From contig BQFW01000007.1 in the NCBI GenBank assembly GCA_020891255.1, positions 372,001 through 436,000 of the forward strand: a stretch of DNA of 64,000 nucleotides, written 5' to 3'. The first letter of the stretch is position 1; every line of letters starts with the position of its first letter. The translations under genes and the position numbers were made by a program. The notes beneath the pieces were generated by a model that was not told the origin of the DNA, made no database searches, and saw only the letters and a program-made list of their open reading frames with translations. Origin of the DNA: Entomortierella parvispora E1425. Lineage: Eukaryota; Fungi; Mortierellomycota. Of this stretch, positions 11,401 through 22,600 are shown in pieces.

Positions 11401-14049
11401 AGGAGGGCGACCGATGGTCAAGTTGTGAAGAATAGCAGTGATGACATCCTTTCCAGTCCAAAGAGGAACGGGCTTCCAGATGGTGGGAGGGAGGGTCAAG
11501 ATCTTTCCGTTTCCAGTGTTGTCGACCTCGGGGCGGAGAGCACCGTAGAGAAGATGCTGGTACTCGTCACGAGTAAAGAAAGAACCACGGATGGTCATCC
11601 AGACACCAGCAACAACGTGATCCTGAATCAAACCACGAAGAGGAGCACCAGAGGTAGGGACCAAGTACTGGGAGTCAGTGTTGGCAATCAACTTGGCCTC
11701 AGCTCTGGCAATCTCGTTCTGGGGGAAATGGACGTTCATCTCATCACCATCGAAATCGGCGTTGTACGTGTTACAGTTGGCGTAGTGCATACGAATGGTA
11801 CGCTCTCCTGGAAGAATACGGGCCTTGTGAGCCATAATCGAGGGCTTGTGAAGAGTGGGCTGACGGTTCAGCAACAGCAAATCACCGTTACGGAGATGGC
11901 GGTAGACCTTCTTGTTGGAGGGCTGAGTGCGAGTAGGGTAGGGAGAGGTGATCGAGGCGCCGCTGTGAGAATCCTGAGGAGTCAAGAGCTGGTTGGCAAG
12001 AGCGATTCTGGACTCCATAGAAAGGTTGGCGAGCGAGGAAAGAGCACCGTCCTCATGCTGAACGTAAGCAGCACCGGGCCACTTGGTAGGTCCGTTGATG
12101 ACAGCGCGTCTCATCTCCTTGACGTTGTAGTGGGTAACGGGCTCGGGGTAGGTAAGCTTGGTGGCGAAGACGGGAGGGATACCAATCTCGTTTGTCTCAA
12201 TGTTGACATCGGGCGAAATAACGGAACGAGCGGCGTAGTTGACACGCTTACCCATCATGTGCTTGCGGAACAGGCCCTCCTTCTTCTCCAAACCCTGACG
12301 GATACCGGCTGGGGGCAACTTGCCTCCGCGCATGATGGTGGGGTTCTTTGTAGAGTCGATCAGCGAGTTCACATCGTGCTGGAGCTGAATCCAGCTGTCA
12401 ATGAGGTACTTGAAGGAGCTGTGTCTATCGTTCTGGAGAGTCTTCTCGTCGGCCTTGTTGGTCGAGGTCAAATCGCGAATACGCTCGCAGGTGTTGAGAA
12501 TCTTGCCCAAATGCTCGTTCTGGGGGTTCTCGAAAAGCTTATCGCCCATGACGGAGGCAGGACGGAAGCGAGTGGGGGCCACTGGCAAGATCTCGAGGAA
12601 GAAGATGTCGGCGTGAACGATCTTGGAGACCTTCTGCTGCATCTTGGGGCCGTTGCTGCGGTACAAGAGAGCGCACATCTGCTGCTCAGCGTCAAAGAGG
12701 CGGCGGAGGGTGTTGCGGATATGAAGGGGAGTGAGGTATTTGTTGTTATCCTTGAGCTCCATAGCGTCCTCGTCGTCACTGTCCACAATGTTCCTTGACT
12801 TCTTTGTCTTTGTGCTCTTGGCGCTCTTCTTGGACTTCTTGCTCTTCTTGTCATCCTCATCCGAGGCAGAAGACATGTTAGCATCGTCATCCTCGTCCTC
12901 TTCCTCGTCCTCAGTGTGCTCAGAAGACTCGGAATCGCTGGGAGCGGCGGCCTTCTTAATAGGTGAGGCAAGAACGTTGGTCTGGACGCGTCCCTGTGCT
13001 GTGTTGTACATGAGCTGCTTCTTTGTCAAGGGCTTTTCGAAGATCTTTGCGTATCCATCCTTGCGGAAGGTGGGGGAGTGACTAAGGTGGTAGGAGGTGA
13101 ATGTTAGGATATCGATCAGAGTGTCTTGCCTTCTCCATTCTTTCATTGTCAGATTCCAACATACGTGGCACAGTTCTCGCACTTCTTCTTGGCAGTAGCA
13201 CGGCGGTAGAAATCGGCAATAATGCGCTTACGCTCATCATTCACCACAGTGGTCTTGTAATCCTCAGTTCCGTGCACATCCTCCTCGAGGCAGCGCTTAA
13301 CAAAGTTGTCGAGCTTGTTGATATATTCCTCCTCGCCCAAAACCTCTTCCTCGCCATCAATGTCCATGTCATCGTCACCTCCACGCTTGTTCTTCTTGCC
13401 AACAACAGGGATGTTATCGATCTCTTTTGACTGCAAGAAGCGTCCTCTGTTCAACAAACGAAGTTTGGAGATGAAACGGTGGGTCTAAAATACAATCCAA
13501 AAGAAATCATGAGTCTCTGGAGCCAGCTGGTAATCTTTCGCTCGGCACATAAAAAACAGTGCAAGGTCCATACCTCGCTCTTGGACATTCTGAATTGGTG
13601 ACAGAACAGGCAGGAAGCGCGAAGCATCTGGTACATCTGAGGGAAGAACATAGGGTTGTACACGGGGCAGGGAAGCTCAATGTGACCGAAATGTCCTGGG
13701 CAAGAGAAGTGATCCAAGGAGCAGGTCGCGCACCTATATTATTTCGTCGCGAACGCATAAATCGTTAGATATTGGATCAGTCTTGTCTCTCCCTTCATTC
13801 AGATCTTCAAGGGAGGTCATAAAAACGCATAGCAGATAAAACAAAAGAGGCAAAGTGCTCTTACACATGGTGCTTCGAGAAAGGACCGAGAGCAGGGTCA
13901 TAGAGACCGCCCTTGGTAGGATGGTTCAAGTTGTCAAAGAGGACAGGGTTGACAATCTGCTTGACGGAAATCTGCTTAATCTCGTCCGCATCGTAGAACG
14001 AGAAAGCGACCGAGGTGATCTCGGTTCCGTTTGGCCGTGCAATATTCAT
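8433..14049 (-). CDS. RPA190: RNA polymerase I largest subunit (multi-exon)
   Basis: N-terminal [21 protein letters not shown] zinc site, [23 protein letters not shown], catalytic [26 protein letters not shown]-terminal [19 protein letters not shown]. The A190-type N-terminus and acidic insert indicate Pol I. Confidence 0.97.
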
Positions 14050-14535
14050 GTCCTGATCAGGGGGAATGTGTTAATCGCAAGGCGAAGTGGAATTGGGGGA
14101 GTGCTGGCCTCGAAGGGTGAAGACAAGGTAGCACAAAGAGAGAGGGACGTGGGGGTTGGAGTGAGGTGGTTGGGGTGTGGTGAGTGAGGAGGAGGGAGAG
14201 AGAAAAGGTATGTGAGCGTGGTCCTGTCTTTTCCTGAGGTCGATGCTTGTCCCAAGGAGTCGATCAGTGAAGGAGGTAAGGAATGCAACCAGAGGGGATG
14301 TCGGCGTTTTTGTGTGTCTTTTTTTTTTTTCTTTGCTTCGTGTGCCAGACTGCCAGACGGTGTTTATTTTTGGGTGGCTTGGAAAAGGCAGTCACTAGTT
14401 CATTTTTTTAGTTTTTGGACTGAAAATGCCCTTCGCATTCAAGGACCCTGATATGTCATGATGAAGGTATGTGTATTGGCATTTGAAAGAACAAAAGGGC
14501 GCGTTCGCTATTGTGATCTACATGGCCAGATCTAT

Positions 14536-15689
14536 TTAATGCCGTCCTTTGCCCTTCTTCTTCTTTCCTCCGCCTCCTCCACCGCCAGACTTCTTTCCGG
14601 GCGCCTTCTTCTTCTTGACACCCTCGCGTTGGACAGACTTGATCTCCTTCTCCGTAAGTATCAGTGTTCCATTCTTGAATCGTCCCATAGATGTCTTCAG
14701 TCCACGGTCGCTTCTGGATCTTTCCTTCTTCTTTCCTCCTGCTGCTGCAAATGTGTGCTTGATGCTCTTGTGATATGTTCCATTATTCTTGGCCTGGAAA
14801 AATAAATAAAATGACACAATTAGTTTCCAAAACAGAAACACCCAAATAGCAGTTGGAAGAATGCCCTTGAAACATACCTCCTCCAATTCCTTGACATCTC
14901 TCTCACGCTGCTTGGCCATCATGCCCATGCTCATCTGGAATGGAACCTTGAGCTTTTCCTTTTTCTGTTGATAAAAAAATGTGGACAATGAATTAGCACA
15001 GTGATCAACAGATTTCTCAATATTTCCTTGACAACTCTTCCGATCCGAGGAATCTATACCTGAATTCCAAGATTGACAAGTTGGTCCCGCTGGTGCCTCC
15101 GGCGGTCTGCACCATCCAGCTGATCAGCAGCAAACTGCTCCAACAACCGACTCGACTTGATCAAAGTGTGCAACTCTGCATCGTTCCTCTTGTTCTCCAG
15201 TTCCTCTGCCTTTTCCTCTGCCGTCAAAGGGTTCTCCATGGGTGCTGGGGCCTCGTCCAGTTTTGAAATCTTGGAAGACATGAACTTTTTGAAGCTGAAA
15301 TCGGTACTTGAGCTGCCAGCGGATTTGCTGCCGACCTTGGACGCGTCAAAGACGACGACCTCGGCGGCCGATCTTGGTTTTGATACAACAGTTGATGAGG
15401 AGGACTTTTTGATCTTTTTTGAGGGTGTTGTGATTGCTGCTGCGGATGATGATGATGAGGGTGCGGGCGAAAGGAGGGAGAGAAAGTCGAGGTCATGTTC
15501 TGGAACTGCAGCTGAAGAAAGATCAGAGGAGGCTGCCTTCCGCTTCTTGGAGTCTACGGATGCTGCTGAGGAGGTGGAAGTTGTAGGGGTCTTTGGTTTG
15601 ATGATTGTGCTGACAAGCTTGCGCTTCTTGACAGGTGCAGGCGCAGCCATTGCGCGTGCCTTGGCCTTGCTATCGAGAACTCTCTCCAT
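14536..15689 (-). CDS. FAF1: FAF1 / DUF4602-like 40S pre-rRNA processing factor (3 exons)
   Basis: Exons 15689-15060, 14964-14878, 14793-14536 with GT..AG introns. Motifs NDAELHTLIKSSRLL, KVPFQMSMGMMAKQRER, RGLKTSMGRFKNGTLILTEKEI; Lys-rich tail. Confidence 0.7.
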
Positions 15690-16470
15690 TATAGTTGTTA
15701 TAAGCGGTTAATGGACGATGAGTGAGAAATGAGCTCGGTTGTGATGTTGTCCTGATGGTATTCAGTGTCGATGGTGATGCGATAACGATGGCAGGAACGA
15801 GGACGAGGATGAGGTTCTTCCTGAATGGTTGTCTGTCTATCGATGCACCTGCGCTGCGAATGAGCCTCATGCTCTTATTTCTTTTTTTCTTTTTTTTGCC
15901 AGTGTTTGGATCCAAGCCACCAGGACGGACGACTTCGCCCGGGTTCACGTGACGATTTCATTTTTGTTCCAGGGCGTGCATGCATGGATGCATCAACGTT
16001 CTCTTGTTCATTCATTCATACCTGATGTCCGCTCCAACTTCTTCCGCGGCCGAGTATCAGCGCTCGACCCTCCACAGACTTGCTGCGTCTCCATACCCAG
16101 AATGGTCTCTCTCAGCTCTGTGTAAGTCGTGCTCCTTGGCCCGAGAGGAGAGCTTTGCAACCTGCTCACTTCCAGGGCGGATCAAGGATACCCAACCCAA
16201 CTTTATAGTGTCGCTCAGATCCAGTCTCCCACCTGCACCACACTAACCACACTTAATGAACTTTGGGTCCAAAAACCGTCTCTGCTTTCTAGGCGCGGCC
16301 TCGATCCCTGTTGCAGCGCGTCTTAGCCCAGCAATGCCCCACTTTGGAGTGCTGATGGGATTCTCGGCAATTTTTGCTGGTTCTGGGTAACCCTTGGATC
16401 ATCTCTGTCCCCAGGAAAGCTATGTTTCCTGTCGCCATTACTGACTTTAGGATCCTTTTTACTTTGTTCA

Positions 16471-17370
16471 TTAGGTATATGAAGCACGTTGGCGACCCTG
16501 AAAACGGATCTGGGACGACAGCCGGTATGTTTTACGATCCACATCTTGTCTTGGAGGCAGGCAACCTAGGGCAAAGAAACCTCTCTCGGAAAGCGATGCA
16601 ACACTAACTAACATCCATGTCGCAATTGTAGCTTGGTGCTTGACGTACTTGTTCCTGAACCTCAGGAGAACCATTCGCCAACCCAAACCTGTGCCATCGC
16701 TCTTAGTCGCAGGTGTGATGACCAACTTGGTGATTTCTGGACGCAAAACAATTGAAGTCGAGTTTGGTCTATAGCAACATGGAAAGAAATGACATAATAC
16801 AAAAGATATATCCCAAAGAAAAAGGACATGGAGTGGAGTATGTACGCGCCAGGTTTATTGTCAGGAGCGGTCGATCATCTACTCAACATATTCCGGGGGA
16901 AAGTCGACTCGAAATTTATCTCGGTAGATAATCCCTGATCCAATTAACGTTTACAGGGAGATCATCCTGTTGATTGTTTTTACGAGCCAAATATTGGACT
17001 GGTGCATCGTCAACGACGTCAACAATGATTAAATCGACCTGATCGGCTGTATCCTAACTAGTTCGACATGTTCAGCTGGACCTTACTCCTCAACGACTGA
17101 TTGACTGGTCCTACTCTCCAGCAACAGGATTGATCCGATTTATTGATCCTGCTCATCTACAACTGGGTCGACATGTTCAGCTGGACCTTGTCCCTCCACG
17201 ACTGGATCGATCTGATTAGCTAGACCCAACTTGGCAATGACCTGGTTGAGTAGATCCAGCATTTCAACAACTTGGTCGACTTGAGCCCGTTCAGTTCTCA
17301 TCCAGTTGACCAGATTGCTGCTGAGTAGCGCCGAAGTTGGGTCTTCTTGTAATTGCTCTTCTGTTCCCAT
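16471..17370 (-). pseudogene. Degenerate coding relic of unknown family
   Basis: Short ORF 17140-17370, followed in frame by stop-riddled sequence containing a duplicated segment (22-bp exact repeat at 17063-17084 and 17168-17189, offset 105 nt = 35 codons), a GT..TAG intron-like stretch and ORF 16471-16746. Confidence 0.3.
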
Positions 17371-17747
17371 GGACCTATCAACATGCGTTCTGTGCTTCTT
17401 TCCTCCTCCTTAGAACCATGAATACCTCTATATGACTAGCAGTGGCGAAGGTGGAGGATACAACTCTGTCATGCAACAGCGGATTACAGCTATTCTCAAT
17501 TTTTTAAATTTTTATTTTGGTAGAGATCGACGAAAGTAGACCCAGAGGAAACCGACGAGTTGAACGGGAAGCAAGCTGTAAAACGGTTGTTACACCTATC
17601 CCGCGCCTTTTCGTCTTGATTCGAGATTATAATCGTCGAGTCGACATCTCCAGACGTCATATCTCGCGCACTTCTGACTATAAAATTGCCCTATTTGCAT
17701 TAGTTTTTCTCATTGTGCAGTACCTGGATCACAACCATAAGTTTGAC

Positions 17748-17772
17748 AAAAAAAAAAAAAAAAAAAAAAAAA
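17748..17772. repeat. poly(A) tract, 25 nt, directly left of repeat copy 1
   Basis: Read directly from the sequence. Confidence 0.95.
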
Positions 17773-17781
17773 GGGAGTTTG

Positions 17782-18422
17782 CGGCTCAAGGGGACCTGCC
17801 TCAACACGCCTGATGAAGAAGCAGGGGTCAAGTAATCTGAACTGGCACCAATTCATTCTAAAGCCATAAAATGAAAATATCCTCAAGTGAGGTGGCCAGA
17901 ACGGATACCTTGACGAATGCTGCCGAACAGTATCAGGCGCAGCATTCCATACTCACCTTATTTCCGCCGAACAGTATCTGACGCAGAAATTTGGGCAATC
18001 GCACACGCTGCCGAATAGCATCTGGCGCGGCATCGATCGCAACCCTCCGAAAGCAACAAAGAACAACGGTGGATGGCAAAGTAATAGTTGGAAATTCAAA
18101 TGAAATCTGTCAGAGAAAAAGGTGTGATCGGCTCAAGGGGACCTGCTTCAACGCGCCTGATGAAGAAGCAGGGGTCAAGTAATCTGAACTGGCACCACTT
18201 CATTCTAAAGTCATAAAATGAAGATATCCTCAAGTGAGGTGGCCAGAACGGATACCTTGACGAATGCTGCCGAACAGTATCAGGCGCAGCATTCCATACT
18301 CACCTGTATTTCCGCCGAACAGTATCTGACGCAGAAATTTGGGCAATCGCACACGCTGCCGAATAGTATCTGGCGCAGCATCGATCGCAATCCCTCAGAA
18401 AGCAACAAAGAACAACGGTGGA
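17782..18422. repeat. Tandem direct duplication of ~292 bp (copy 1 17782-18073, copy 2 18129-18422; offset 347), each copy with three 44-45-bp hairpin subunits
   Basis: The copies align by eye with only scattered substitutions and small indels. Subunit core GCCGAA at 17922/17966/18010 and 18269/18314/18358. Confidence 0.95.
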
Positions 18423-18691
18423 AGGGGAATGGGGATAAAAGTAAAGAACATAGAAACAAACACGCGAAATGGAACGATACTTATGAATTAATCGTGGATG
18501 CAGCTGATAATGCCTGCGTGCACACATGCTACATGCTGATGCACCCGTCGTTAAATTGACCATTTATAACAGGAGACGATGAGGGTAGAATCAGGCAGTT
18601 GAAGTGAGAGCATCACTGGTCTTGAAATCAATAGCGGCGGCTGGAGTAATGTACAACGGCGAAGAGCGCTAAGTGCATGAAGAACATTGCG

Positions 18692-19352
18692 TCACGTGGC
18701 GCGACAAAGCGCGACGCGCCCTTCCACACACCATTGCTCTAAAATCGCCTGAGCTCCTTTGTTTCCGATAGAGTTGTTGCTCATGTTCAAGGTTGCTAGA
18801 GTCGAATTGACCTCGAGCGCCTCAGCAATTGCCTGAGCACCTTCTTGTCCGACAGAATTGCTGCTCAAATTCAGAATGGTCAGAGTCGAATTGATCTTGA
18901 GCGCCTCCGCCATTCCTTGTGCTCCTTCATCTCCAATAGAGTTGCTGCTCAGGTTCAAGGTAGTTAAAGTCGAGTTGATCTTGAGTCCCTCGGATATTGC
19001 TCGAGCCCCATTTTCAATACAGCTGGTGTTCAAGTCCAAGCTAGTCAAGGTAGAGTTGATCTTGAGCGCCTCGGATATCGCCCGAGCTCCTTCACCCTCA
19101 ATAAAGTTTCTGCTCAAGTTCGTAAGATGGTCAAAGTGGAATTGATCTTGAGCGCCTCAATCAGCTCCTGAACCCCTCTTCGTTAAAATTGCTGCTCTGG
19201 TCCATGACCGTGAGAGTTGAATTGACCTTGAGCGCTTCAAACATCCGCCTTTCGTGCTTCTCGTTGTAGTCCCTCTCTCCAAACGGCCACGAGCCTTTCG
19301 CTGATCCTGGAAGTGCACATCCCCTATCGTCAAGTATAGCACAACAAACCAA
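18692..19352 (-). pseudogene. RNI-like (28-aa) leucine-rich-repeat gene fragment, frameshifted and truncated
   Basis: About six 84-bp units of GARAISEALKINSTLTxLxLxxNSIGDEGA. The frame breaks near 19120-19160, and the ORF ends in unrelated sequence (EQWCVEGRVALCRAT*). Confidence 0.8.
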
Positions 19353-19668
19353 TGTTTGAGGAGGGTATATTCGACTGCTGCTCGTTCAAAGTGATGAGCA
19401 GCATCGATTTTTTTTATTTATTTATTTCTCTCTTCCGACGGAAAATAAAAGACGAAAGAAACATCGACCCAAATACCAAACTTTCGTTTGGGGGGTGATG
19501 ATGTGAGGTTTTTGGTGTTGCTTCTATCTTTTTGGTTGGAATATCTTGCAATCTTGCAATCCTCCGTTTGTACTTGCGGTTGCAATTGTAATGGCTGTTG
19601 TGGCACCTCCAACCCCCGTTTCAACTCTGTTTATTCGTGCTGTTGCTGTGTCTTCACGATTCTGCGGC

Positions 19669-22600
19669 TTACTGCGACTGCTGGGACTGTTGCAACTGCT
19701 GAGCCTGTTGCTCCTTTTGCAACCGACGCTTCTCCCGATCCTGCTCCCGTTTCTTTCGCCTCTTTCGGTTCTGCTCCCGATCCTTCTCCATCTGCTCCTT
19801 GTTCACGCGATCCCGCGCATTCTCCCGTGCCCTGTCCAACCGACGTTCATGCAACAGCGACTGCGCCAACATCAGGCGACGCACAATCTCCCGATGGAGC
19901 TGGAGCAGCGTCATCTTTAGGATCTTGACACGCGTCGAGACCACAGGGGCCGCCTGGATCTGCTTCGAGTTCGTAGTCGTCACCATGCTCGAACCGGCCG
20001 CTCCCACCAAGGTCACAGAGGATGTCATGGACCCAAGCGACATGTTCATGGTCGTCGTGGACACCTTGGACCGTCGCTGCCGTGGCTGCTCGGAGGCCAT
20101 TTCGATCACATCCGCCGGGTGATTTTCATCCGGATCCTCCGTCTTCAAAATGTCCTCCATCTCCATCTGGGTCGCATCCGTTCCCATCATCAAGGGATGA
20201 TGATCCGGTAGGCGGCGATGCTGGTGAGGCAAAGTCGTCTCCTGTGGACCATTTTGAAGCGAAGACGGACGACGCACCAAGTGCGACTGTCGAAGATGTT
20301 GCTGCTGTTGTTGTTGCATCCGTTTGAACACCCGGAGGAGATGGAGTCTAGGGAACAGTTCCAAGTCATGTTGGAGGGGGAAGGCATATGATCCATCCTG
20401 AGCTAGCTCTTGCTGCTGCTGAAGAGCCTCATACACGGGCTTGTACTGATCCTGGGGGTCCAGCAGATCGTAAAAGAATTCAGGCGTCAAGGCCTGACGG
20501 ACCGTCATGGTCAACCGCCGTGGCTCATTGTCATTGTCGATAAAGGTCAAAACTTGGCCGTTCTCTGAGAAGATCAACTTGGTGTGATCTGCAAAGTTGA
20601 CCTAAACGAGATATAAAAAAAAAGAAATTCAAAATTTCAAATTTGTCAGATTATCATTTTTTTTTTTTTTTCATTTCATTTTTCGTTCCGCAAAAGTCAA
20701 TTGGGGAGACGTACCTGAATGATTCCATTGCTGAGTCGAGAAAGGACATGGTTTCTGCGATAAAAGTCTGTCAAGAACGGCATGCGCTTGGTCTGAGTCA
20801 TGTCGTCAAAGGTCCAAGGCGAGAGTCCCGAGAGCATCTGGATCATGTAGCTCTTGAATCCAGTCAACACCAACACCTTCTTCTCCAATCGACTTGGGTA
20901 CTTTGTCAGTTGACCCTTGATCCGAGTCAGCGACTCCAAAAACTCGGCATTGTCCCACTTGTCGTAGAAATCTTGGCTCAGGAGCGTGATCGGCATAGAC
21001 ATACTGTCAGACTCCTGTCTCGACTCTGTTGGGTCCGCTGGATCACCCGAGGAAGCAGAATCCGCCGGTTTAAGGGACGGGCTTGATCCAATAGTTCCAA
21101 CAGGGATCAGAGCATGCTCGAACCCCTCGGAGGGTGCCCTAAGAGTTTTAGCAGGAGTGGATGAAGCACCTGTAAAAGAAACCTTGCCTTGAGTATCCTG
21201 ATGCCGGCCAGCAGAGGAAGTAGCCTTTCTGTCATCCTCTTCGGTCTCCATACTCATTCCATGAGGTCCATGAGGATTGGTCCGGGACGTCACCCTGTTG
21301 TTCTTGTCGTCGTCGCTAGCCATCATTTCATAATCGCCATCGCCATCGATAATGCCCTCCGTGATACTCATGCCGTCCTTGCGCTCGTTCGTGACGCTGT
21401 GATTCTGCACTCTTTTTTGATCATTGTAGTCACTGAGGCTGGAGCCTCGTCGAGATCCATGCGAATGCGGCTGGCTTGGGTCGTCCTCCTGTCGCATGGA
21501 TCCTTTCGATTGCGAGAAGGATCTTGCAGAAATACGGCCGGTCGACTGAGGAGGGGGCATCAATGCGGAGGCAGAGGCAGAGGCGGAGATCGACTTTCGA
21601 GAACCCTTGGAACGCGATTTCCTGCGATATCCATCGGGCTCAATGATTTCCATGTCGCTAATGAACACCAACGAGAAAAATGACAGCAGGGATGAGTAAA
21701 AGCGCGATCAAACAAAATGCAATCAATACAGGAGGATGGGTGCAAAGCAAATAAAACTTACATTCCATTGGGTGACAGGGCCAAAGTCATCAGGTCATTG
21801 CACAATACACCAATGACTCCGTTTGCCAAATGCCATCCAACACCATATCGAGCATAGTTGATCCATCGTGTCATGAACACTCTAGGAGGCTCTGGCATCA
21901 TTGTGACAAAACAGGTCGGGCACGGTCCTTCGGCCACTCCAGTACTCGATCCATTTGAGAACAAAGAGGACACATCATGCAGGAACGAGCAGTCCAGTTT
22001 TCCTTCACGACGCGCTCGAATCATGGTCCTAAGGTACAATTCCACTTCTTCGCAATGACCAGGCGTCCGGAGTTCGGCCACAGGCTCTTCCTGAGTACCT
22101 CCAAGGCCTGCTGCAGCGGCACCAGTGATGGTGGACGATGCAGATATCGTTGCAGAATTTGTTCCATCCAAATTGTCCTGAAGATCTTGATCAATTGCGG
22201 CCTGGGCAGAACGCGACAACTTTGAAGGACGTCTACGCAAGTCGGATTCTGTCGCCTTTGCCTTGCCATGATTGATAGAGGCTTGCTGAGCTGGAGCGGG
22301 TCTGACATGGTCCTGCTGCATCGAGAGCGAGAGTGAGTTGGTCGTGACACAACTGGTGGAAGGCACCTCGACCTCCTCCTGTCCATCAGAATAGCGGCCG
22401 CTAAGCGACCCCATTCCTGCCATTGTTGTCTCGTTACTCTTTTGTCTCTGCGCCTGGAGTTGCATCTTGACTGATTGGGCAGTCTGAGATTGAGATTGGT
22501 GGGCACGGTTCTGATTCTGCGCGCTATGAGCTGCTCCAGAAGGTCCAGATCCCGATCCTGAAGAAGAGCCCGATTCACCGCCTTCATACTTGGCTCTGCT

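Noticed and set aside
8797-12798. Long + strand ORFs (620 aa and 676 aa) antisense to RPA190
   Set aside because: Shadow ORFs caused by the strongly biased codon usage of RPA190; the translations show no family motifs.
15980-16607. Possible + strand gene divergent from FAF1
   Set aside because: Fragmented short ORFs in shifting frames with no recognisable motif or clear splice signals.
17915-18381. 44-bp palindromic repeat array as a CRISPR
   Set aside because: Eukaryotic context, only three degenerate units per copy, intervening sequences identical between the two copies and no cas genes.
18218-18559. 113-aa ORF in repeat copy 2 with an AEQY repeat
   Set aside because: The same ATG in copy 1 frameshifts and stops early, and the third subunit is out of frame; better explained as non-coding repeat.
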